In this document: positions 18,501 through 25,237 of the stretch, one piece after another | Position numbering within the stretch: position 1 is the first letter of the stretch | Layout: the number at the start of each line of letters is the position of its first letter | IMG/VR virus record: IMGVR_UViG_3300036987_000495 | Location: 1-26,306 of that record | From: a virus | Lineage: Duplodnaviria > Caudoviricetes | Reading direction: 5' to 3' (one strand) | Length of the DNA: 26,306 bases | Program-made: the position numbers and the translations under genes | The notes under the pieces: generated by a model | The model's input: the letters and a program-made list of their open reading frames with translations, nothing else | Databases searched by the model: none | What the model was told of the DNA's origin: nothing

Positions 18501-18740
18501 AGTAAACCAAGAGACTTGATTTTGATATGTAAGATGCTTTGAGTTGATCCTTCGAGTGCCAGTAAAGCTTTTTATTTTTTCATATAGTTTTTGTTTAGCT
18601 TCTACTTTTTCTTTGGCAGATGCATTTTTATAGGCATTGTAAAGTTGATTCTCTTCCTTAGTAAAAAATTTGAATGTGGTATATTTATACAAATTATATT
18701 GTGGTAATTTTAGCTTCTTAATAGCTTGCTCCTTTGTCAT
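15585..18740 (-). CDS. Single-subunit two-barrel RNA polymerase, cellular RdRP / SPbeta YonO-like family, with C-terminal Zn finger
   Basis: Ordered family motifs: FFTSGAGQQRK, MDGAG, QFRNKWCKG, SQFK, LSYQYL, RSPHLHP, catalytic DCDGD (DxDGD, nt 17055-17069), IGDISN, TIDFPKTG. C-terminal CKIC...CSNPSC. Strong RBS AAGGAGG. Confidence 0.9.
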   Translation of the reverse strand: MTKEQAIKKLKLPQYNLYKYTTFKFFTKEENQLYNAYKNASAKEKVEAKQKLYEKIKSFTGTRRINSKHLTYQNQVSWFTNDLLNLFVNQETKQRTVIEDIIIIKVQHDDIFNQIMDNGFYFATYMKSKSIDFPNLKKRKLKRKINYAKKKFVFFTSGAGQQRKQDLTFISEKALKKYNNYLMGGLTEKQINENNGINTGKLLANKALVMSAGIPIEIPYEKIVVVNDFKTILNEKVTYIDTNNKKLSVTNKMADVEVNHMDGAGLFLSGRIKGISGNWQFRNKWCKGALVEFDFLTFAKEIAGNTIVRDIYDIDHDIEKEDVWVILISSQFKMSGHYNSWESFSDKMKEINSKFYICGLENPPQEYKELSYQYLNTLNIPVEDKDTIASLCQPTIDYIKNLHKNKEAAFKALGATEDNKNLMPFQEALLIYPQLLQDQHTKTQIENVVKSIRKDAKGGRILSPGYYSYIFPDVYAFCQRLFLNIENPKGLIPKGHVYNAYHNDTDIKKVDLLRSPHLHPSEHCVRKLTKSEECQDWFKGNATYVSVHDLAQLQMKNDCDGDICYIATSQELIKNVRKKCLPVYYDMPKAKAREINQENIKDTLRKAFEGNQIGDISNALTKYLSMAYNEGFKLDMKFIARLQALNNFTIDFPKTGQNIELPKKDKELYDLLVKEKSPYFFQWAKGKTKTAVAKCGNGVVDRISKYIQKNAGYNEYEYFTDEEFNYAILCRDFWVDRSSKLYKDLEILLYRARKDIKRINEELNKMKREEPDNEFFSKYDITYHIFRNKMIELFNGNVRKCVDYLVDIEYCQEYRKDKSRVILWNCFGWELLRNIKNNIKSNRELKARTRYAYKDEDKLLFKELNQKIDDRLKPESVIITNKEYEKINSFTDNEKNLYYVLVCLSKLYKKHEIKLYKNTKFKKNGKLNINTLNNFARITNTEALLNKFNQNKLIEIKIDSEILSVISIVDLDKNQDDICFLVENVWKPLVSLAEYEGKPIGKCKICGDKFIKVRNAKTCSNPSCAEENERRNKKENYNKNKIKTEEVEVII

Positions 18741-18832
18741 CTATTTATCTTTCTCCTCCTTATATTAAAAGGCAGCTACAGGTACTTAATTATGGCTGCC
18801 AGCAGGTTATTTTAGTTTCCATAGTTTAGTTT

Positions 18833-18872
18833 GTGAAGACAGGAGAATTTAACCCCTGTCTTCACTTATTTT
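18833..18872 (+). terminator. 11-bp hairpin with a U-tract on the plus strand only
   Basis: GTGAAGACAGG/CCTGTCTTCAC followed by TTATTTT on plus. On minus it is followed by AAACTAAAC, so it is not a canonical terminator for the phage operon. Confidence 0.55.
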
Positions 18873-18888
18873 AAAGAATTTTTCTGGT

Positions 18889-19365
18889 TTACTTTTTCAA
18901 TATTATAGGTTCAGGCATATTAATATTAGGTCTATATTTTTCCATAATATTATTTTGAGATAAAATCTCTTGTAATTTATCCTTATCAAATTCAAGTTTA
19001 ATAGCTTCATTATCATCAAGCAAACGATGTAATGGTTTAGGTTTTAATTCGTCTATATTTATTTGACCTAAATTTTTTAGTTCTGCTAACGTATTTTGAC
19101 TTAATTCCAGATTTTTTAATTGATTAACCGATAAGTAGTAGACTTGCTTAATATCATCTGGATCAATCAATATCCAATCTATCGCTAGCATATCGTCTTG
19201 AGTAGGATTCCATTGTTCACTTGAATTCTCAAAAGGAATTTTTTGAGTAGTTATTATAAACTTACCGTTTTTCAATTCAACCCATTTTTTTCCTTGCCAT
19301 TCCGTTCTGGTTAATATTTTATTATCCTTAAGATTAGTTAAAGCATTTTCAAAATCAAAATTCAT
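18889..19365 (-). CDS. DUF2829 / Tad2-like domain protein with ~90-aa C-terminal extension
   Basis: F..AL..LK....LTR..W.G...W.PTQ.DMLA.DW signature in residues ~1-67; RBS AGGAGG. Confidence 0.75.
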   Translation of the reverse strand: MNFDFENALTNLKDNKILTRTEWQGKKWVELKNGKFIITTQKIPFENSSEQWNPTQDDMLAIDWILIDPDDIKQVYYLSVNQLKNLELSQNTLAELKNLGQINIDELKPKPLHRLLDDNEAIKLEFDKDKLQEILSQNNIMEKYRPNINMPEPIILKK

Positions 19366-19393
19366 TATTTTCTTCCTCCTAAATTATCTATTT

Positions 19394-19489
19394 TTAATAA
19401 CTGATATTTTTTATTGGCTTATTGCTTGCGCCAACTTGCAATAAGTCTTCTTTTTTACCTGGACTTCTACAATGATTAAACCAATTCAT
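19394..19489 (-). CDS. Possible 31-aa peptide
   Basis: MNWFNHCRSPGKKEDLLQVGASNKPIKNISY; purine-rich RBS AAAGGGGTGA; no homology recognised. Confidence 0.35.
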   Translation of the reverse strand: MNWFNHCRSPGKKEDLLQVGASNKPIKNISY

Positions 19490-19601
19490 TAGCACTCACC
19501 CCTTTCTCACAAATGAAATTCTGCACTAAGTTCCTGATAGAACGTTATGCCATATTTTTCCTTACTGCGACGTTGAGTTGAAGAAATTTATATTCACAAT
19601 A

Positions 19602-19630
19602 TTGACAACTAAGTTTTGTGCCACTATAAT
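19602..19630 (+). promoter_or_regulatory. Perfect-consensus sigma-A promoter, antisense to the early operon
   Basis: TTGACA (19602-19607) - 17 bp - TATAAT (19625-19630). Confidence 0.8.
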
Positions 19631-19709
19631 AAAACTACCACATAATATACTTATATAGGGTTTTCTAAATAATGGTAATGAATCTCAGGAGTAAAATTGA
19701 ATAATAATG

Positions 19710-19736
19710 TTAGCACTCAGTAATGGCGAGTGCTTA
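19710..19736. promoter_or_regulatory. CIRCE element (HrcA operator)
   Basis: TTAGCACTC-AGTAATGGC-GAGTGCTTA versus consensus TTAGCACTC-N9-GAGTGCTAA: 17/18 identities with the exact 9-nt spacer. Confidence 0.85.
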
Positions 19737-19739
19737 TTT

Positions 19740-19767
19740 ATAATATCATACCTTGATTAATAGTCAA
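19740..19767 (-). promoter_or_regulatory. sigma-A promoter immediately upstream of CIRCE, directed into the Tad2-like and RNA polymerase genes
   Basis: Minus strand TTGACT - 16 bp - TATTAT with extended -10 TG; CIRCE begins 3 nt after the -10. Confidence 0.7.
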
Positions 19768-19784
19768 GGCTTTTGGATTTGGGC

Positions 19785-19815
19785 AAAAGGTAGTCGTAAT
19801 GACTACCTTTTTTTT
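19785..19815. terminator. Bidirectional intrinsic terminator
   Basis: AAAAGGTAGTC-GTAAT-GACTACC-T8; T8 on plus, T4 on minus. Confidence 0.8.
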
Positions 19816-20041
19816 ATTCCAGCCAGTAACAAAACCTTGTAAGTAACTCAACTATTTTCCTTTTGATTCCATTAATAATACAAGTGACTAAATCTTCTTC
19901 TGGCTCATCGAAAAAATAATCGTCATCGTAATCGAAAAAATCTTCCTCAGGATAATAATCATTTGAATAATAATTTTTATATTGTCTCTCGATATCGATA
20001 ATATGGTCATTGAGTGGAAAATCAATCACCTTCGCTGCCAT
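19814..20041 (-). CDS. Small acidic/aromatic early protein
   Basis: 75 aa with DYYPEEDFFDYDDDYFFDEPEED; coupled to the upstream gene by TAATG. Confidence 0.65.
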   Translation of the reverse strand: MAAKVIDFPLNDHIIDIERQYKNYYSNDYYPEEDFFDYDDDYFFDEPEEDLVTCIINGIKRKIVELLTRFCYWLE

Positions 20042-20694
20042 TAAGCCACCTTCTTCCAGATAACAATATGGTTCTCACCAGTGAAATTTTCATGTTCTTG
20101 AATAACTTCATCTATATCCACATATTCAAGATGAAATTTTTCATCCAGTCCCATTTCTTTAGCTTTTTTTGTTAGTATTTCTAGATATCTTTCAGTGTTA
20201 TATAAATTCTTATTTCCACGACATCCCGGACTAAAAGTTTTGTACGCAGAATAATACCAAGTTTTTTTATCCCATTTATGAACACTGTCTTTGCGAGCAA
20301 AATTTCCTTTGCTATCTTTTATCACCCATATAAAATATTTACCATCATCAAAATCAAAGGTTTCACTAATGAATGGGTATCTTGGTATGTTCATATTAGT
20401 TTTTTCAGATTCTTCATACATAACTTTAACCATATCTATTTCTAATATATGGAATTGCTTTTCCAATTGAAATCTTTTATTAAGTGATTTAAGTTCGTCT
20501 AATTCAGCTTGAGCAATCTCTAAAGTTGAACTTGAGTAAAAACCATTAACCAAAAATTTTGCGTAAGTATAGCTAACCTGTTTAGTGTCTTCATCATAAG
20601 AGATTGATCTACTTGAGACATAATTTCCTTCTTGGTCTTTCAATACGAAAGTTGTTTCTTTATTGATTTGTTTCAACATAGCAATTTTTAACAT
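20041..20694 (-). CDS. Hypothetical early protein with an internal domain duplication
   Basis: FVLKDQEGNY...YTYAKF...EKQFHILEID versus WVIKDSKGNF...YSAYKTF...DEKFHLEYVD; RBS GAGG. Confidence 0.75.
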   Translation of the reverse strand: MLKIAMLKQINKETTFVLKDQEGNYVSSRSISYDEDTKQVSYTYAKFLVNGFYSSSTLEIAQAELDELKSLNKRFQLEKQFHILEIDMVKVMYEESEKTNMNIPRYPFISETFDFDDGKYFIWVIKDSKGNFARKDSVHKWDKKTWYYSAYKTFSPGCRGNKNLYNTERYLEILTKKAKEMGLDEKFHLEYVDIDEVIQEHENFTGENHIVIWKKVA

Positions 20695-20736
20695 TTTTGA
20701 TTCCTCTCTTTCATTTTGTTTTGCTTCCTTGAAATG

Positions 20737-20842
20737 ATAATATCATCATTATATATTGGTGTCAATTCATTTAATCATGATATTTAATCATGGTATTTAT
20801 TATATTTATTTCTTTGACTATAATTATCATCTATTATATAAT
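20737..20842. promoter_or_regulatory. Divergent sigma-A promoter pair (lysis/lysogeny switch) with a tandem 13-bp repeat between them
   Basis: Minus: TTGACA (20765-20760) - 17 - TATTAT (20742-20737) with extended TG. Plus: TTGACT (20814-20819) - 17 - TATAAT (20837-20842). ATTTAATCATGAT/ATTTAATCATGGT at 20769-20794. Confidence 0.75.
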
Positions 20843-20862
20843 CTTATCAAGGGAGTGATATC

Positions 20863-21603
20863 ATGAGCGAAATCAAATTATCAGATCATATAAGGGATTC
20901 TTTAAGAACAGAAAGATTAAAAAATAAAATCAAAGGAACAGATATATGTAAATTATTAGATAAGCATCAAAGTTTTGTCAGCCATATTGAAAATCATATT
21001 GTAAAAAGTGTGCAATACGATGATTTAAAAAAAATTTTTGGTTTCATATTACAAATTGAAGATCCTCAATTAAGTAAGTATCTTGATGAATTAATAAAAA
21101 TAGATGATACAGAAAAACCAAATCAAAAAAATACCATTAAAAAAAATGAAGAACCTAATTATCAAAAATTATATGAAGATAGACAAGAAGAACAACTTGA
21201 AAAACTCCAGGATATAGTTGAGATATTTAGGGATGAGATGTCATATTATCCCCCTGATTATGATGATTGCGAAGACGATAATATTTTTGAAACCGTAGAT
21301 AAGTTTTTAACAACTTATATTGATATAATGTTAAACAGCGAATCTGAAATATCCCAAAGTTTTTACAACTTTATGAAATTACCATTGCAAAAATTAAATC
21401 CTGTTCAATTTCACAAGTTAATTGATTACGCAAATAATTTATTAGAATATGAATATGTATTTGAGAGTGGACAAAATTCAAAAACACAGAAATACCCTCA
21501 TTATAGAGCAAGATATAAAAAAGAGTTACTCAATAAATTAAATGGAACAAAAAATAATAATTCCAATGAAGATGAATCAGAAGACTCTTCCGAAGATACA
21601 TAA
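20863..21603 (+). CDS. XRE-family HTH repressor candidate
   Basis: LRTERLKNKIKGTDICKLLDKHQSFVSHIEN...LKKI HTH; divergent from the early operon; acidic helical C-domain with no recognisable S24 peptidase. Confidence 0.75.
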   Translation: MSEIKLSDHIRDSLRTERLKNKIKGTDICKLLDKHQSFVSHIENHIVKSVQYDDLKKIFGFILQIEDPQLSKYLDELIKIDDTEKPNQKNTIKKNEEPNYQKLYEDRQEEQLEKLQDIVEIFRDEMSYYPPDYDDCEDDNIFETVDKFLTTYIDIMLNSESEISQSFYNFMKLPLQKLNPVQFHKLIDYANNLLEYEYVFESGQNSKTQKYPHYRARYKKELLNKLNGTKNNNSNEDESEDSSEDT

Positions 21604-21628
21604 GACTAAATATAATTTATCCCCAACC

Positions 21629-21654
21629 AAGCACCTCTTAGAAGGTGCTTTTTT
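21629..21654 (+). terminator. Intrinsic terminator of the repressor gene
   Basis: AAGCACCT-CTTAGA-AGGTGCTT-TTTT. Confidence 0.8.
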
Positions 21655-22387
21655 ACTTTCGAATTAAAATTTCACGCAAATATCCTTCCAAAAATTAGGT
21701 AAATCCTCCCCAAGGGGATGAAATTAAGCTCTCCTGACTCAATTACAAAGGAAATAAATATAACTTGAGTCATATAGCTTATATACTCTACCTTTAATTT
21801 GAACCAGGTTATTGGTAATTATGACATATCTTAGTGTAATCACAGGCAAAAAAAATAAACCACCATGCTATAAACGCAGAGTGGTTTGGTTATTCCCGGT
21901 TAATCTAATGAGAGAAATATAATTGTAGATTCATAGTATATACGGTATTTGTATAGTAATAAATATAAAAATCTTTTGGACATCGTAATTGTCAATTGAT
22001 GCTGCTGCTTCATTATATCCTAATATTGACGGGGTAATATTTCCGGCTAATGACAAAAAGCTGCCAAATTAGCTTATTAATAGCTTTAAATTAAGCCAAT
22101 TTCTTTAATGTAATTTGGTCATTATATCCGGCAACACTTGGACAGGCAATTTTGCCAGCTTGTTTTTATTCGGACTTTTTAACTAGCAAAGTAGTATTTT
22201 GCTATTATTTTGTCCGATCTGCTTAGTAATGAAAATAATATATCCCAGGATAACGGTCACACAGATTTATGTATAAAAATAATTAATCATCAAGAAACTT
22301 GAAAAGAATATATATGGTTAGCTTTTTTTACTGCCACATTAGCAATTTTTTAAAAGAAACATTTAGAGACTAATAAACCCAAATTCT

Positions 22388-23542
22388 TTAATCTTGTATT
22401 GCTGTTACAATTCCATTGTCTAAATATATATATCGATAATTGTCATAAACCCATTGTTCACTTGTTCCAGAAGCATAGGTACTCCGATTAATTTTTTTAG
22501 GTTTTCCCCATGTTGAATTCCTTACTTCATCGGCACTCATTCCAATTGCTGGTTCCTTTTTAACAGTATAAGAAGTAGTTTTACTAATAAAATCATGCTC
22601 TTCAATATTACCCCAGCTATTCGTATCCTTAACCTTTATTTTTCCCCCATACGTATCATTAACATATAATATCTCTCTGTCATCACCGGCTTCCGAAAAA
22701 CCAAACATGTTATCTTTTGTTGGACTCCAATAATAAGTAAATGTATATTTAGGTCCCAATTCTGGAGATGCAGATTCTATCTTCCCTTGAGGTTTAAGAG
22801 TGTAAACATCAAAAACTTTATTACCTATACTACTAGAAAACCCCCAGCTACCCTCAATTTTATAATAAACAGAATTTAGATACACGTTTGTGTCTTTATA
22901 ATCACCAACTTCTCTAAACAAGTCGCGAGCTTCAACAAAATATTTTTTGTTGAATAACTTTACAGCTTCATTAAAAATAGCAGCATTAAGATTATTTTTC
23001 ATTTCATTCAGCAACTGATTTGAATCTAAATAATCATTTCCGACAAAACCAATCAATCGATAAGATGTACGAATATCGTCAAGTTTTTGATTGGTTTTAT
23101 AATTATCGTAAGTTTTTAACGCTTCTCCATAATATGCCTGCTTTAATAGTTCTTTTGTGTCTGAGTACGTTTCTGTATTTTTTAGATAATCTATTGATTT
23201 TTGATAATCCTTATTATTTAAAGCTTCTTTTCCCGCCAAATAATTTGCTTCTACTTCTAAATTGGTTGAATTTTTATACCTTTGCATATTTTTAAAAATC
23301 TCAATAGCGCTATCATAGTATTTGTCTTTAACAAAAGATTGAGCTTTTCTATATTGAAGTTCTTTTGTAATCAATGGAGAACTTGCCCAACCAGCTATCA
23401 GAATTACAATGATTGCAGCACTAATAATACCAAGACGAATTCGTTTTTTCTTAGTTTTAATTGCAAGTTGTTTACTTTCTATCTCAACAGCTTTTTTAAT
23501 TTCATCTTCCTTGTCTTGTATAACTTGTTCATCATTATCCAT
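22388..23542 (-). CDS. Membrane-anchored helical (TPR-like) repeat protein with a small C-terminal alpha/beta domain
   Basis: One TM segment after a basic run (KKKRIRLGIISAAIIVILIAGW); repeats ending in YKNS/YSDT/YLDS/YKDT; C-terminal IGMSADEV..STWGKP..IN...EQWVY...YIYLDNG.V.AIQ. Confidence 0.8.
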   Translation of the reverse strand: MDNDEQVIQDKEDEIKKAVEIESKQLAIKTKKKRIRLGIISAAIIVILIAGWASSPLITKELQYRKAQSFVKDKYYDSAIEIFKNMQRYKNSTNLEVEANYLAGKEALNNKDYQKSIDYLKNTETYSDTKELLKQAYYGEALKTYDNYKTNQKLDDIRTSYRLIGFVGNDYLDSNQLLNEMKNNLNAAIFNEAVKLFNKKYFVEARDLFREVGDYKDTNVYLNSVYYKIEGSWGFSSSIGNKVFDVYTLKPQGKIESASPELGPKYTFTYYWSPTKDNMFGFSEAGDDREILYVNDTYGGKIKVKDTNSWGNIEEHDFISKTTSYTVKKEPAIGMSADEVRNSTWGKPKKINRSTYASGTSEQWVYDNYRYIYLDNGIVTAIQD

Positions 23543-23693
23543 TAATACATACCTCCCTCCAAGTAATAACTATATCATTAGAACTGGCAGAAACTTGTCG
23601 AAATCTAGTAGATTTGGCAAAAACAAAAACCCTCACTCGGAGGGAAATATTTTATCAATTAATGGTATTGATGCTTCTGAACAAAGTAAACAA

Positions 23694-23963
23694 CTAAATC
23701 AGACTATATACCAGATTTGCCCCATAAAGCACCTTAATTATTCTTAACTGGCTTTTAAATTCCTTTTAGCAGCATAAATTAGATAGATACTAATTAAGCC
23801 AATTCCGATGAGTTTATAGTAATGTAAAGAGTTATGGTTAATGAAATATTTTGTAATTGGATTACTTTCTACGGCTCCCTGGGATAAAGCTAGTAAGGTT
23901 GTTAGATAATCTAAGATGTTTAATAAGCAGAGAAGTAGGAGTAGTTGGTAATACTTTTCTCAA
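23694..23963 (-). pseudogene. Frameshifted small membrane-protein gene (DUF5658-like)
   Basis: RBS GGAG plus TTG at 23963. Removing one A near codon 3 and adding one near 23755 restores MRKYYQLLLLLCLLNILDYLTTLLALSQGAVESNPITKYF...YKLIG...QLRIIKVLYGANLVYSLI*, with the D..TT...G..E.NP signature. Confidence 0.65.
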
Positions 23964-23976
23964 GGTTTGCTCTCCA

Positions 23977-24843
23977 CTAATTTCTTTTCTTAAGTTTAAC
24001 CTGCTTATCAAATGTTTGAATTGACCCATTTAATACATTTTTTAGAATAAATCCTACAATATTCTCCCCGTCGATTTTTATTTCTTCAACACTCTCTATA
24101 ATGGATATTTCTGCTTCAATCCTATCAATTTTTATGAACGGAAATGTTAATGAAGTTGTTTCAATGTATATATATTCATCAAATTTCTTAGAAATTAAAA
24201 CTGGCCCGAACTTCTTAAAATTATCATTTGAAAAGAAACTATCAACAACATCTTTAATAGTCATAATTGGTTGGAAATTTAAATCGTATAAAAATATCTC
24301 ATTTGTCATACCAGCTATCTGTATTTTTTCTGTTATCTTCTCTAGTCCTTTTTGTTGCAATTGTTGTTTAACCCACTCTTCATCGTGAACAATGTTAAGA
24401 TTTTTAGTACGTGGAACTAATGCATGTAGTAATATAACTATTGTTTTAATCTTTCCTTCCCAATCTGCTTCCGTAGGTTCTCTTAATTCGTAAAGAAGAA
24501 TTCCATTTGCCTTAGCTACATCTATTGCACCATTTTGATAACCTGTTCTTGTGACAAAAATTCCTCTTGGTTGTCCAGGAAGATCATCTAATATTGCTTT
24601 GAATTGTAGTATTGCCCCTTGCGGAACAGTAGACTTCCAATCTTTTGCTTGAACAATTGTACAGTATCTGATTCCCCCAACTTCAAACTCCCAAAAAATA
24701 TCTATCTGATGACTTGTTGTTTTTCCTTGAATCATAACGTTATGCTGAACATTTATTGTTTTGACTGAATCCTGATTTAGAATTTCGTTGAAAATCTGCT
24801 GAGCCAAATTCTCATAAGAAATACCGGTATTTTTCTTCAACAT
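23977..24843 (-). CDS. Mrr-like PD-(D/E)xK restriction endonuclease domain protein
   Basis: G..YE...HQIDI...IVQAKDW...V....F...L.D...GIFVT..GYQ.GA...A...GI.L in the N-terminal ~120 aa; RBS GGAGG; no methylase adjacent. Confidence 0.85.
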   Translation of the reverse strand: MLKKNTGISYENLAQQIFNEILNQDSVKTINVQHNVMIQGKTTSHQIDIFWEFEVGGIRYCTIVQAKDWKSTVPQGAILQFKAILDDLPGQPRGIFVTRTGYQNGAIDVAKANGILLYELREPTEADWEGKIKTIVILLHALVPRTKNLNIVHDEEWVKQQLQQKGLEKITEKIQIAGMTNEIFLYDLNFQPIMTIKDVVDSFFSNDNFKKFGPVLISKKFDEYIYIETTSLTFPFIKIDRIEAEISIIESVEEIKIDGENIVGFILKNVLNGSIQTFDKQVKLKKRN

Positions 24844-25237
24844 TAATCCTCCAACTTAACGATTCATAGTATCATTACTACATAAATTATATAACAATTA
24901 TAATATTGAAGTATATATATCATGATATAAAACCCAAAAAACACTTAATGTTCCAGGGGTAATCTAATAAAGTCAAAAATCAATTCTGTGCCAAAATTCA
25001 ATGGTAATTACTTTAGTTTTAGAAGTAATACTCCTTTGGGAATATAAATCTATACCAAAAAACATATGACTCTTATTTTCTTAATAAAAAACATGGACTA
25101 GAATCATTTAAATGACATTGTAAGCCGTTTTTACGTTTAGGTAACAGGAAAATATATGCTAAAATATCCGAAGGCTTAGAAGGGCATATTAGAGGGTGTT
25201 TGTTTATGAAATGAGAAAAGACCCCTGCGAGAGAGGT

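Larger units (their letters stand above)
1..21654 (-). mobile_element. Temperate phage / prophage region (siphovirus-like head-tail module) encoding its own RNA polymerase; continues beyond the left edge, right boundary uncertain
   Basis: Colinear repressor, early, replication, terminase, portal, head, connector and tail genes, nearly all on the minus strand. No att site is recognisable in the window. Confidence 0.93.

Noticed and set aside
15585-18740. Viral RNA-dependent RNA polymerase or reverse transcriptase
   Set aside because: Motifs are DxDGD two-barrel type, not palm-domain GDD/YxDD, and the context is a dsDNA tailed phage.
21660-22380. Gene or att site in the gap after the repressor (short broken frames such as PSVAGYND / PSILGYNE)
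   Set aside because: Frames are interrupted by stops and match no family I recognise; possibly decayed DNA. No att repeat partner is visible in the window.
2810-24388. Shadow ORFs in the track (e.g. 2810+, 4402+, 4639-, 5392+, 8490-, 8872+, 11503+, 14145+, 15195+, 16463-, 17793+, 17842+, 23020+, 23282+, 23409+, 24101+)
   Set aside because: They overlap well-supported genes in antisense or alternate frames, with no convincing RBS or motifs.
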